Assembly: GCA_013265495.1 (NCBI GenBank)
Contig: MU058687.1
Span: 4,648,093 to 4,712,092 of the forward strand
DNA: 64,000 nucleotides
Direction: 5' to 3'
DNA from: Vicugna vicugna
Lineage: Eukaryota
A model generated the notes under the pieces. It made no database searches. It saw only the letters and a list, made by a program, of their open reading frames with translations, and had not been told where the DNA came from. The number at the start of each line of letters is the position of its first letter. The stretch's first letter is position 1. Shown here in pieces: positions 33,176 through 46,231 of the stretch. A program made the translations under genes and the position numbers.

Positions 33176-35689
33176 TTTATGCAACAGTTGTTAGATTGAG
33201 GGAGGTTGAATGGGCAAACATCTAAAACCATTTGAAGTTCAAATTCAGAGAACAAGGTTAATTGTTACCAGGCGAGAAGGAGTTTCACACGTTTCATAAT
33301 TGGTTGTAACCCATTATGAATAGTTGCAGGTCTAAAGAAATGTGTGGGTGTGAGGTCAGTGATCCACTCTATCACCGGAAGGATCTGTTGCACAGTCCAC
33401 CTCACTGAAGGGAGTCTGACTAAGCTTTGTCAACCTGTGTGGCAGATTCAAGTAGACCCCTAGGGTTAAAACAAGACAAACGCAAAAGGACAGTGCTGTC
33501 ACAGAGACTAAAGCAGAGCTGAGCTCAAAAATAAGACATGAGGTTGTTGAATATAACAATAGTGAAGAATCAGAAGCCGCCATCAGTGAGGCTGGCTCCC
33601 CATTATAGGCAACCTCGGTTTAGAAGCTGGAGTCAAAATTTTGTTTAGAGCGAGCACATATTCTTCCTTGAGCTAACGGGGAAACCTTGGCTCTTTCTCT
33701 GTAATCAAAATGGAAATTGTGAGTGGGGAGCAGTTTCATCCCCTGAGCACATTTTCCGACAGTTTTTAAAATGGCTGCAAATCTGATTGAAGTTGTCCCA
33801 GGCACTAAAACCAAGTCGCTGACATGTGTAACCGAAGAGAACTTCAGGGGCTCACCTGAGGGGACACTTGATGCAGGGTGCAAAGACATCACCCAGGGGG
33901 CTAGTCCTTTCTTTTTTTCTTCTCTGACTTTTCTGATACTGACTTTGTACCAAGGCTGGATCCTCATATGATTTTCAGATGGTGGTCAGCGCGCTAGAGC
34001 TACTGTTTTCTCATTTGTTTCGAACCGGAAAAAAAAGAGAATCTTTGTCCCATCCATCTCAGGAAAGCATTTTTTGATGCATTGAGATTGGCCTGGCTTA
34101 GGGAACATGCCCAGTCCTTGAAAATGTCACTTTTGCCAGTGGGAGAGCTGATCTCGTTAGAGCATGTGCTCTGTCCCTGGAGCTGGGGCAGCTCCGCTCC
34201 ATCCTCATGGGACCCCAGATGGAAATCAGGAAGATTAAATTATGAGGCAGTAAGTAAAAATTATCCAGCAGTCCAACCTTCCCCGAGTGCTTGCTCCATT
34301 TGTTGCTTCATTCACAATGCTGTCCAGACCACATCAGCACCGTGAGGCAGGCTGTCACTATTCTGTGATGTAGACTCTGAAGTCAACAGTCCAGGAATGA
34401 AATACCCAGGGTTGTGGCATTGCTCAGCTTATCATGCAGGATTCCAGCTTTATGGAAAGAGTACACAGCTGGGGGTTGGGAGAGGGGTAAATGGGACAAG
34501 AACTAGACTCATTCTTCCTTCAGTGAGCCTCTGCCCTTCCGTGTGGTCAGTACGGCCCTTACGTTTATGTGCTTAGTCTGTTTTTGCCAAACCCTGTTTA
34601 TCTATTGTGATATAGAAAAAATAGAACCTTTCCCAACAGCATTCAATTCCCTTGATTTTTAAAAAAATATAGCTATTAATTGTTTATATGAAAGATCTAA
34701 AATAATAGAATAAAATATTTTTCACTTCCAGTTATTTGATTCTTACATGAAACTCTATGCCATGAACATGGATCTGAAACCAATTGAAACATCAGTTTCC
34801 CTGTTGTTAAATGAATCAGTTCTTTAAATGTCATAAAAATAAGAAACAGATTCAGATTGGAAAAATTAGAGCTGATTTGAATACTTCTGGAAAATTTCTC
34901 TTTTGAAACTGAAATATCCCCCTTAAGAAAAGGTTGACAATAGAACTTTTTGTAACCCAAAGTGTATCAAGGAAATCGTTGACAATATAGTTGAGAGAAA
35001 CTTACAGAACACATTGTCACCTTAGTTTCAGAATTCAACCTGGGCTGAGACTTTTTTATAGCTCAGAGTGAAACATTGTGGAGACATATTATAGAGGAAG
35101 TAAACTGTTCGATTATACCTTATTCTGAATATAATCATCTCTGTACAATAGGTTGTCAGTTGGCTTCATCCAGTATGATTTCACAATTAAAACCAAGAAG
35201 GCAAGAAAATATTTCCAGTTTGACTGAAGTCTTGATGCTTTTATTGAATTACTGTATTTGATGAGTATTTGCAGTTTCTGGCTACTCAGAGTATTATTAG
35301 TGAAAAATCTTTGCTAGGTGGTCTTTGTGGCACTAAGAGAAAGGAAAAGACTGAACATTAAAGTCAGATGTGTGTGGTTTGCTTGGTAGAGATTGAATGC
35401 CCTTTCATGATTGCAATACTTTTAAAAAATATTCATATTCAAATGGTAAATAAAGAAATGTCTCCCCACTTTCGCAGTAAGAGAATAGATGCTGCTTAAA
35501 TTATTTGCCTTAGGAGAATAAGGGGAAGTATTGGCATGTGTTCCACCTTGACTTTGGCCTCGGCACTAGGTTGTGTAGCGTGGGGTCACAAGAAGAAACC
35601 TGTGACATAGCTCCTGTCTTTGGGGTGATTATGCTAAGGTTTTGAGAAAAGACAGACTAATAGGAATTAGATTTTTTTATGTTATCTAT

Positions 35690-36020
35690 CAACAAGATTT
35701 GTCTGTTCTGCCTCCAAAATAAATCTCAAATTTGACAAGTACTCACTGATTCTGCCTCTGTCAACCCAGTGTAAGCCAGCATCATTTCTCATCTAGACTA
35801 CAGCTACCACTTAACTGATTTACCTGCTTTTGTTCCAATTTATTCTTCATTTGGAAACACAGGCAGAATTATCATGTAACGCGTTAAAATGTAAAGCACA
35901 TCATAAAACCTTTCCTTAATCCCCTCCTCCCCAAAAAGGTCCGAGGGTATCCAAATGCACTTAAAGCAAAAATCCAATACTTCTACTCTGATCAGAAAAT
36001 ACAGGATAAATTTCTTTGGA
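35690..36020 (+). mobile_element. L2 LINE fragment
   Basis: ttctgcctccaaaataaatctcaaat...gtaagccagcatcatttctcatctagactacagc...aaaatgtaaagcacatcat. Confidence 0.7.
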
Positions 36021-36861
36021 TTTAAAAAAATTATGCAAATTGCTTGCAAATATTTTTTAAAGTTTCTGAGACACCTTTTTTTTTTAATTTGGAGAAGTTT
36101 TAAAAATTAAATAAAAAGTAGAAAGAAATAGTACTTAGTGTCTTAACAAAGTATTAATTTGATTGGGTTTCAGAAAAGACCTCATTAAGCTGTGTGATAA
36201 ACTTATTATTCAGTGTCAGTTTCTTTGGGTTTTCAACTGTTACCTGGAACGATTTTGAGAATGAGGTAACATTTTCCTTTTCAGTAGCACTTGAAACCTC
36301 CTTGATGTTGACACAGAAGTGCTGATAGGAAAAGGTGATGAACAAAGGGTTGCAAGTCTTGATTCATACTTGCTAAAAATATCACAGCCACCTCAGGAAG
36401 GTTTAGAAATATGTCAAAGGCATTCTTGAGCCTTTTTCTCCTGTTAAGACCATTCACAAATAACTTTTGAGAGTGAAGTGACAATGCAATGTGTCTCACC
36501 CAGGTCCTAGTCCATCTCTGAGCATATCATTTGAATGAGACCTTTACATATAATTTTCTAATTAGATTTTTCTCCTTTTATGGCCTTTTAAGCTTTACAT
36601 CACCTTTGTGCTTCTTTGTTCCATTAATCCTTCAAACGCCAGCATCCTGCTGAGAGGGTGTTCACTACAGTATTTCCATCATTGTCAGCAGAGCCACAAG
36701 ACTGTTTTGGTGCACTAGAATTACCCATCCACGAGAAAATGCTGTCTTGGAATTAATTATTAGTTGACTCTTACTCGACTCTGTAATAAAAGTAGAATTT
36801 CCCCCCTAATGTTTTATTACCTTTTATAACACAGATAGGCATTTTATCTTAATTTGGATAA

Positions 36862-37356
36862 AGAATAGATAGTAGGGAGCTGGAATTTCCTAAATTAGGT
36901 ACATTTTTGGTAGTTAGTTCTATAGTTAATCTTCTTAGTTTATCACTTAGAGTAGGCCAAGTACCACAGTACGGAAATGAGCCAGGATTTTTGTATCACT
37001 GGGAAGTGATTGTAACTTTCAGGTTTGCGCAAAGGAAGTATATTGAAATGCTTACATTTCTGCACTATCAATTACCGTGGGTTTTTTTTATGCCCAGGTT
37101 CACTGTGATTTGCATCATATTTCAAAAGGTGATTTCTCCACCCCCTTATCAAACTATCATAGGAGAAAATATTCTTTCTTCTAGCACTACCCTGATGGAG
37201 TTGATTAATGCTGCCTTTATTTTAACTGAAAATGGTTGATCAGTAGGGTCAACTTTTATGGATTTGTTTATATCATTTGACGTGACAAATCATAAGTTAT
37301 CATTATCTAAATTAGCACAGGTTGCCATGAAAAGTGAAATTGCTTTATGGATTTCT
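36862..37356 (+). mobile_element. Ancient non-LTR retrotransposon (CR1/L2/Crack group) reverse-transcriptase fossil
   Basis: Read through one stop, the frame gives LSLSLRVGQVPQ...IFQKVI...ENILSSSTTLMELINAAFILTENG*SVGSTFMDLFISFDVTNHKLSLSKLAQ...ALWI. This matches the order of the LINE RT motifs SLxxGxxP, IFEKxx, STxxAL, FxDLSKAFDxVxHxxLxxKL and LxWI. NYR occurs at 37070 in another frame. Confidence 0.7.
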
Positions 37357-37687
37357 AGAAAGCATAGTACACGCATAACTTTTCTTAACACACATACTTT
37401 TCAGCAGTTAGCTTGTGCTACATTTTAATTCCTGTGCTACGATTTCTCCAGAAAGGACCAAGTTTTAGAAAGAAAAAAAAAAGAAAATTCTCTGGAATCA
37501 TAAAAAAAAAATCCGTATTACTATAGACAGAATGTCAATGAACACCATGTAGTGAAACACCACAGGGGTGCTTTAGGAAAAAATGAACTTGTTTCCAGAA
37601 AACAGACTGGACTTTAGGGAGGAAAAAAAAAGTAAAGTAAAAAGAAGGGAATGCAAATACCTTTCAGTCTCTTATTTTGAAGACCCA

Positions 37688-38085
37688 TGTTATGGTTTGA
37701 ATTGTGTCTCTCACTCTCCCAAATTCATATGTTGAAGTCCTAATCTAGTAATTTATAATGCGACCTTATTCTTTACCTTGATTAAGTTAAAATGAGGTCA
37801 TTAGGGGAGGACTGAGTCCAACAGGACTGGTGTCCTTATAAGAAGGACTTTGGATACAGACTTGCCTAAAGACAATGTAAAGAGATACAGGAAGAAGGCA
37901 TCTCCTATTAAGCCAATGAGTGATGCTTTGAAGACTTCCTTCCCTCACAGCCCTCAGAGGGGACCAACCCTGTCAAACCTTGATTTTGGGTTTCTGGCCT
38001 CTAGAACTGTGAGACAATCAATTTCTGTTGTGCAAGCCACTGAAGTTGTGTTGCTTTGTTATGGTAGCCCCCGCAAGCTGTGACA
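37688..38085 (+). mobile_element. MLT1B-like MaLR solo LTR
   Basis: tgttatggtttgaattgtgtc...ttaagttaaaatgaggtcatta...ggcctctagaactgtgagacaat...tttgttatggtagccc...gaca. 5-bp target duplication accca/gccca. Confidence 0.92.
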
Positions 38086-38904
38086 GCCCATGAATTATGA
38101 CTCACATTTCATATTAAGCTATATGGAAGCTTCCCCACACCAGGGTACTAAAATCTACAGGAGCCACTTTAACTGTTTCCACTGAGCTTTGGAATCTAGA
38201 ATCCAAAGAAATTTAGAAACCAGGCAGAGTTACAGCAAAGCATCTTATAATCAAAGATTCAAGTGCATGCTGATTAGAGGAGTTGATTTCCATGCATATC
38301 TTTTTAAAAGGAACCCTCCTTTCTTTGCAGTGATGAGACCAACACACAGACCTTGGTAAGCCTGATTCTGAATGTTTACCCAAGGGTGAGGAATTACAAT
38401 TTATGGGGAATTCAGTTAAATAACATCTGTTGTACTGTGGGACTCTGGTGGGTGAGTTATAAAATGGCAAAGTCAATCTATCATGGAGATTTATCCTGGA
38501 CTAGCTTGCATCTGGACCAAAGGTGATCCATCAGGTTTGTCATTTTATATTGAAGTCCATAAACTACCTATTATGCATACCCCAAGTGGTGTGTATATGT
38601 GGCATAGCTTAGATCAGTCTCTGACGCATGCCGGTGGAAAGGGGTGTGTGTTTTGTTTTTGTAGCTTTTTTTGGTAATGACAATTGAAAACCCATTCCCT
38701 TGGTTCCTCTGGATGTTAAACTGATCAGTCATTGATAAAGAGTACAGTGGTAGAGTTTAGAGTTAGGGCTAACCTTGAGCCACATGGTGAGAGGTCAGAG
38801 GCACCTTTCTTTGGCTCTATGAATCGGTTATCAATCTCAGATCTTTCATAAAGTCCTCTGGCCACCCAGAACTCTCCTCCATGCCTTCCTCCCCAGGAGC
38901 AATG

Positions 38905-39110
38905 ATGAAGGTCAGTGTTTATCAAGCACTTAAAGATACCATGTGCTGTTCACAACTCCTTACAGATGTTAACTCACACCAACTCTTTGACATTAATGCT
39001 ATTATTATCTTCAGTTTACAGAAGAAGAAACTGAGGCTTAAAGTGGTTAAGTTACTTGCCCAATATTATACAGCAGTGAATGCTGGAGCCAGGACTCCAT
39101 CCCAGGACTC
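38905..39110 (-). mobile_element. MIR SINE
   Basis: cagtttacagaagaagaaactgaggcttaaagtggttaagttacttgcccaa. Confidence 0.85.
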
Positions 39111-40699
39111 ACTAACAGGCTGATATTATTAAAGAAATGGTCCCTGCTGCCTCCACTAACAACCTCCCAGGCATCAGATTTCTCCATCAAATCCTGCCTG
39201 GTCTGTCTGACCAAGTAATCCTTGATAATGTAACAGTGGATTATAGTGGATCTCTTCACTTATGGAAGGCACATTTGAATTTCACTAGACATTTATGAAA
39301 TAATGTGTTGGCAGAAAGAAATGTTACTCCTAGTGGGAATCTCTGATTCTCATTCTGGCAAACTGTATAGTCTTGGACAAATCTTGGACAAGAGCCTTGG
39401 TTTTATCACCTATAAATGTCAGTGTTGGATTAACTACTCTCTGAAGATGCCCTTCAGGCTTAGAATTCTGAGATTCTTTCACATTAAATGTAACTCCTTT
39501 TCAACCTGTGTCTGTACTTGGCCCTTGATTGAACCTTTTCACAAGTTGGAAATTGGAAATATGAAATCGTGATAAATATGAGAAAATGGTCAAGTCATTT
39601 AATAGCTCTTGGCCTCAGTTTTCTTCTCTACAAAATAAGGAGACTAAGAGCACCTACCTTGCAGGTTTAATATTATTCACGCCTAGCAAAACACCTGGCA
39701 CAGGGCAAGCCAGGCTCACTAGGATAGCCGTGATGACATGGTAATCGTTGGTGAGATCCATTCTATTATTTTCTCCCCCCCCAAATCACTGTATGTCGAG
39801 TGTTATACAAAAAGCACCCACTGTGACTACTTTTTAAAAAAATCATAAGGCGTTTTATGCAGAGCGTATATTTTAACTCTGTATTCCACAGGCATTGTGT
39901 CTCCCTAAGAGCTGGGCCGTCAAGCCGTCTATCATCCATGTGTTCATTTATGCATGCAGACTCTCACCTCCTCCAAGCTGTGAGAACAATAGGCACTTTA
40001 ATAGTCTGAAGCAAAAAGGATATTAGCTCCATGAATCTTTATTTTAAATTACATTTCTGAGTTAGAGGTGTCAACATGGTAGAATAAGTTAAGCGAGATT
40101 GTATTCCCCAGTAGGGCTGCTGATGTTGGTTACAAATAAATTGCTGGTGCAGGTGATGATAGCAAAGTCCGTGCCATCTTTTATTTAGCAAAGTATTCTT
40201 CTTGTTAACAGCTCCTTCTGTATGCTTTCCTTTCTTCTGTTTCGCATCAGTCATATTTGACACGTTGCCCAGTGTCAGGGTGAAGAAAAATGCAGTCTCC
40301 TGTTAAATGAACCAGATGTTTGTTCTCACACTGTCCGAAACATCTGGATGTGAAACTGAACATTACACTCTTTCATCCAGTTATTTTGTGTTGTGCTACT
40401 AGACAGAGCCAAAGAATAAATCCCAGAAATTTTTTTTCTTTTATTAGGAGAAAGATCATAGCACCTCGAGCCTGAAGTCCCAGGGCCAAGGTCTAGCTTT
40501 TCCTCTTAATAGTTGCACAGCCTTGGGCAGAATTAGGATCAATTGAGATAAAATGTGGGGAAGCATTATATGGATTGGATTCTAGAAGCTCATGTTGTTA
40601 AAAGAATCCTAGTCCCTTAACTTAGACCTACAATGGCCGAGCAATGTGTAACTTCGGAAAGAAAGTTAAAGAGGTGTAAAGATTTCAGAGCCAGATCAA

Positions 40700-40930
40700 T
40701 AATAAAAACAGCCAAGATCTATCAAGGGCTGACTGTGGGTGGTGAGCTCTTCCAAGTGCTTTGCATGGATTTAAACCTAAAAGCAATCCTGTCAAGTGGG
40801 CACCATTATTTTCCCCATTTTATAGACAATATAACTAAGGACCAGTGAGAAGAGTAAGTGACTTGCCCAAGATCAGAAGATCAGGATTTGTGCTCAGTTT
40901 AATTCTAGAGTCTGTGTCCTTAACCTACAT
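40700..40930 (-). mobile_element. MIR SINE
   Basis: ccattattttccccattttatagac...gagtaagtgacttgcccaagatcag. Confidence 0.75.
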
Positions 40931-43837
40931 AATACTCTCTATACCCCCTGTCAGACGGAAGTATTTCCTCAGGCTCCAGCACTGTCACTTACTAGCCTTG
41001 TTTCTTTTCTTTTTGTTGTTGTTGTTTTTTTTTAAATCTGTGAAATAGGGATAGCATTGGCTATCTTAAAACAGTTATTATGACAATTAATTAAGTGTAT
41101 GTGTGTAAAGCATTTACAGTATTGATTTACGGTAAGTACTAAATAAAATATAGCTATTTCTGCTGGCCAGGTTATACAATATTTGTGATCAAAGAAAAAA
41201 TCTCAGTGCTGATTTAATTAATTCAAAACTTAAGTTCTAAAGATCTCATCTCCTGAGAACCCACCCAAGAGAAGAGTTTTATTTTTGTTTTGTTTGTTAT
41301 GTTTGTTTGGGAGACAGTTCCTAGAGTGTTAAGCACTTTGGGTCAGTTTTTAATATGGGCTTATTACTTGGAATAATTGAAAGCCCTCAAGTTGTTCTTG
41401 TTGTTGTTATTATTATTATTATTTTATTTAATTTTTACCTTATTCCAATAGAAAAATATGTTCTGAATATAGAAAATTCTATTTAGTTTTACCTTCAATT
41501 TGAGATACAGTGGACATTTATCAAGTACCTATTAATGGGGAAGGATGTTTTGGGAAAATCTCTCTCCCTCCTCCTTTTTTTTTTTCCATCCTCCTTTCAT
41601 TTCCTATCTTTACTTAACAATTTCATATTCAGAACGATCTTGTAAGATAGACTTTTTTGTTTTTGTTGCTTTCACAGTTTAGGAATCAAGGCTTTTAAAT
41701 GAATTGCATGATGTTTCATAAGTAAAAATGAGAAGTAATATTTTAATCCATCTTAGGACTCAAGGCCCAGTGTGCTACCCAACAAAACACGAGAGATTGC
41801 TATTATTACTAAGTATAATGACAAAGCTTCCATTTATTGGGTACCTATTATAGGCCGGATATATCGCTATGTGCCTTGCAGGCATTTTCTAGTTTAACTC
41901 CTACAAGCTTTTGTGAACGACACTTGGGTATCAGCAGGCAACTGTTTTTGCTCTTCATTTTGTCTTATGATCTGGGGTCTTTAGTCATTTTTATTACTTT
42001 TGCTCAGAGTGACCTTTATGTGATTGATTTGCTTCTTGGACTCCTCCAGTCCTCATGTTGTGAGAAACATAAGTTTATAACTAGGGAGTAAATTTGGTCA
42101 CCGGCTTTGATAGGACCATGGGTAAAGCTGACACATTTTAAAGAGACTTTTCAGAATGTGCCAACTTTCTGTTGGTTTCTGTAAACATCTAAAACAGCTT
42201 TTGTCAACACTAAGCCTGATTAAATTGCAAGACTATGATGTTTTCGGACCCAAAATGAAAGTGGCCCATTCTTGTTCTTTTAGGGCCCTCATGAAAGTCA
42301 AATGTTTAATCTCAGGAAAAAATTTAGTGAGATGCCAGATAAATAATAGAAGTCCCTTTCCATGAAACGACTTATGATGAAGTTTCTTCAAAGAAATAAA
42401 CTATAAAATAGAACATTTTCGAACTTTAAAATCCACTGGTAAACATTGCACTTTAAAAACAAAGTATCAATAAGACTAAATATTTGGTAAATAGAAGGGA
42501 TTAGGCAATTAATATCCAATGAAACACTAGAAATGCATCACCAGAAAACCATGTTTAAGAGAAGATGAATATTTTCAAAAATGTTCAGTCCTTGAAACCT
42601 GAGAAGTTACTGGGCTACAGCAAAAAGAGGATTCTTTCTAACCCTTTAAGCAGCCTTTTATGTACCAGTACCTCCCGTTCCACGTGCACCCACACACGTG
42701 TACACACACACACAGATACGCCAGTCACTGTTTCTCCTAGTGCTTGTTAAATGGAAGACACTCAAGAAATAGTAGCAATCTTCATTAATTATATTATCCT
42801 TTTTATTAAGTACAGTTGATAAAGGGAAAGAGTCCACCTGGATTATTTAAACACTACAGGAAAATCTCTATAATTTTTATACCATCTTATTTTATTTTTC
42901 TAATCACCCCAGCATGTCATTTATTGGTTTAGAAATACTGTAAGAACACAAACTTTTGTTGTGTCTCCAAAGAACATTTCTCTGAGTGTCTTAGTTGGAC
43001 ATACATCGTGGTGGGTGCTGACAAGTGGGGCATATGAAAGATGAATATTTGATACTTGGCTTCTGCTTCCTAAGTACAGATCGTGCTCAAGATTCAGATG
43101 ATTGTTGCTGGTTTGTAGTGATTTAACTCGCAGAGTCAGATCAATATGCATAGATGCATATTTTAATGGATGCTTTTTATGAGTCTTGCCTATGACATTT
43201 AAATCAGGTTATTTGCCAAAGGTGAGTAACACATTTTGATTATTAACTGAAAGAAAAGTTTTAATCTAGATTGACTGGATTTTGATACTGATTTTGAATA
43301 AACCATCAATAATTAACTATAAGGAATCCATCTGCTGTGCTGCATTTGTAGGCGAAATGTGGCTCCTCCTTCCCATTCCTAGGCTTGTCCTCTAATCCTT
43401 CTCACCTTCCTTCCTTCCTTCTCTCCCTCCCTTGATTCTTCGTCCCCTCCTTCCTTCCTTCCTCTGACTCTCCCTTTCTTCCTTTGCATTCCCCGGTTCT
43501 ACCAGTTAACTTCTTTTCCACTGCAAGCCACATTGCCCTATGCCTCGTTATAACCCCAGAAAAGACCCTGGTCAGGGTAGATAGAAGGCAAACCCAAAAG
43601 GAGAGGAATATGAAAGCTCAAAATTGTTTCTAAACTTTAGTGGCGTTGATATCCTCAACAAGCTAAGGCACCTTCAAGTTCCACAACTGAGTTCTGTAGA
43701 ATTCACTGATGGTATCTATTAATATTAATCTACAGTCTAATGGCAACATGTATTCTAGCTAGAGGTGTGTGGCCCCCTTTCCCTTCTGGTTCTCTCTCTC
43801 TCTCTCCCAGACTTAATTGGGAGGCAATATAATGTCC

Positions 43838-44067
43838 ATTAGTTTGAGACTGGCTGATACAAACTACTAAGTACAGAATAGATAAACAACAAGGCCCTAC
43901 TGTATAGCACAGGGAACTATATGCAATGGTTAGTAGTAACCTGTAATGAAAAGGAATATGTGTATATATATGTGTGTGTGTGTGTGTGTATCTGAATCAC
44001 TATGTTGTGTACCAGAAACGAATACAACATTGTAAATATGAAAAAAATGCAATAAAATAAAATAAAA
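43838..44067 (+). mobile_element. LINE-1 3'UTR fragment (older cetartiodactyl family) with A-rich tail
   Basis: gatacaaactacta...agaatagataaacaacaaggccctactgtatagcacagggaactata...ctgaatcactatgttgtgtaccagaaac...acaacattgtaaat...aataaaataaaataaa. Confidence 0.9.
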
Positions 44068-44119
44068 TGTGACCCAAAAAAAAAACTGCCCACGGGGGCA
44101 TCTGCAGGCATGGTGGACG

Positions 44120-44299
44120 TTATGCTGTTCAGTTCCTGTCCCTGTTTAGCCACATGCTGATCTGTATCACCATGAGCAGTTGCTTAAAATATCTAGGCTT
44201 CTTTTGTGCCATCTGTCACATGGAGTAACACTAGCACACGTTTCTACCTCCCAGGGCTGTTGTGAATGTTCCATGAGTTAATGCACATAGAAACTCAGC
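44120..44299 (+). mobile_element. MIR SINE (3' end resumes near 44524)
   Basis: catctgtcacatggagtaac...tacctcccagggctgttgtgaatgttccatgagttaatgcacatagaaactcagc. Confidence 0.75.
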
Positions 44300-44361
44300 T
44301 TCCCAGGATGTGGGATTTTCAGTGCTGCAACCAAGACTGTCTCAGGCAAACTGGGACAGGT
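44300..44361 (-). mobile_element. MER81 (hAT-Blackjack) 5' half, inverted
   Basis: ttcccaggatgtgggattttcagtgctgcaaccaagactgtctcaggcaaactgggacagg is the reverse complement of the MER81 5' part. Confidence 0.75.
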
Positions 44362-44426
44362 GCGTGCTCTCTCTGTGCCAGGCACAGCGCTAAGTATTTT
44401 GTGTAGATGACCCCATGTTACCCTTG

Positions 44427-44523
44427 GGGTGACCCTGTAAGACTGTCCAGGTTTTAGCACTTAAGAGTTCTGCATCCTGAAAAACCCTCCGTTCTGGGCA
44501 GAGTGGGACAGTTGGTCACTCTA
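44427..44523 (+). mobile_element. MER81 (hAT-Blackjack) MITE
   Basis: gggtgacc...gactgtccaggttttagcact...gggacagttggtcactcta, with the gggtgacc/ggtcac terminal inverted repeats. Confidence 0.8.
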
Positions 44524-46127
44524 GTACTCAATAATTATCAACCATTATAATATCCTTGTTATTCTTATGACTATTATTAAAGCCCTTATCACAGTTCCAA
44601 AGAAAAAAATAAGCACTCAATAAATATGGGTGGTGTTCTTGGCTTTTATGTATGTAGTACTGTTGTCCTCCCTATAAGTTTCTGTTGTCTTCTGCCTTTC
44701 TCTCCTCCCTTTTCAAGTAGCCCTTTTCAGTCTGTTCCTAAGACTCAGATGACCCCTTTTCCCCACACCTGTCTTCTCTTGACTGTAGTTAGAAATTTAC
44801 GCAGTGGCTAAACTCTCCCATGTAAACCTGAGTAAAGGAAAAGAGGTCAAAGATTGTAATGTAAAAGAGAGTCTTTTCCTTTATATTTGCTGTAACTTAT
44901 CGTTACATGTGTTACCTAATATGAAGTCTCCATGAGAACAGGGAAAATGAAACTAAATGATTAGATTATTATTTGTGACATGATCTGATAATATGTTTGT
45001 TCTTATGAGTCATAAACAGCCCTGCTTTTTTCCCATAGCATAGTCTAACAATGAAGAAGAGTGTATTTTAAAAGACTAAATTAGGTGAAATCTATCTCTT
45101 TTATTAAATCATCCTAATATAAAACCAGGTGACCTGATTAAAACCTGCCTTCTTTGTTACCTCCTACCATTTCAGGAAAAAAAAAAAGTCACCTTAACAC
45201 TTAGTTTGTCTTGCCATCATTTGTTTGGAGCCTGTGTGGGGGGAGTGTTATGCAGGCAGACATAGTTCTTTATTATGGGAACTATGAGAGCCCGACTGTC
45301 ATTGTTTTTTAATGGCACCAGCTGTGTATGTTCTAAAAGCCCTTGCTTTCCCTGGAATACAGGACTTTTCCCCAGCTCCCTGGTTCAGCCTTCAGTGTCA
45401 TGCCTTAATGCTACACACTCATGCCTTTGAAATCATGTTCAAAAGAGTGTGTGTGTTTAAAATCCATTTACAATCTCACTTCACTTAAATATAATTGCAG
45501 GAGGTAAAACATCGATAGCAAAAATACCCATTAACATCTCTGTTATTACTTACTTTGGGCAGAAAGCAGTTTTCTCTTGTTGGATTGTAATCTGCCTGTT
45601 GTGGTGGTCTTTATTCCACACACCCCACCCCCTCCCATTCAACCAAAGCTCCTGGCGATGTGTTCAACTTGATAGATGAATATATTGAAAGATATCATAG
45701 AAGGTATTAACCCCTCGTTGTATATGGCCGTGATATTTAATGTGGCTGATTCTGAAATAGTTACGGATCTGAGCTTTTGTGGAAAGTCTGAAATGTACAG
45801 AGTAAAAGTTAACACTCCTGACTTTTGTGGAATGTTATGAATGGAATTTATAAATGTTTCTGTTAAGTAACACGAAAGACTTTTCAGCCAAAACTCTTGC
45901 AGTCTGTACTCCCTACTATCATCTTCCCTTCTGTGTGACAAATAACTAGTAAAAACCCCAGAACTAAAAACATGGCTGTCTTTCTACTTTAAGGATATTT
46001 GTGATTTGCTGTAGAGCCTTGTTAAAAGTCTTTAAGGAAAATGTTAACTTCCATTCCCTTAAGAAGGAAAGTCAACAAATAGACATCAGCTAATTCCATT
46101 TGAACTGAAATGGGTTGGGTCAATCTT

Positions 46128-46231
46128 AGGGTGAGTGATCATCCCAATTTTTCTAGAACTATCCCAATTTCGACAGTTCCTTATCCCGGAGAAACTCACT
46201 GCTGGGAAAAATGGGAGGGTTAGTCACCCTA
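46128..46231 (+). mobile_element. MER81-like hAT-Blackjack MITE
   Basis: Terminal inverted repeats tagggtga...tcacccta around atcccaatttttctagaactatcccaattt...gggagggttagtcacc. Confidence 0.7.

Noticed and set aside
43207..43227. Strong donor AAG|GTGAGT with an AG 14 nt upstream
   Set aside because: There is no polypyrimidine tract at that AG, and I found no convincing longer coding exon upstream.
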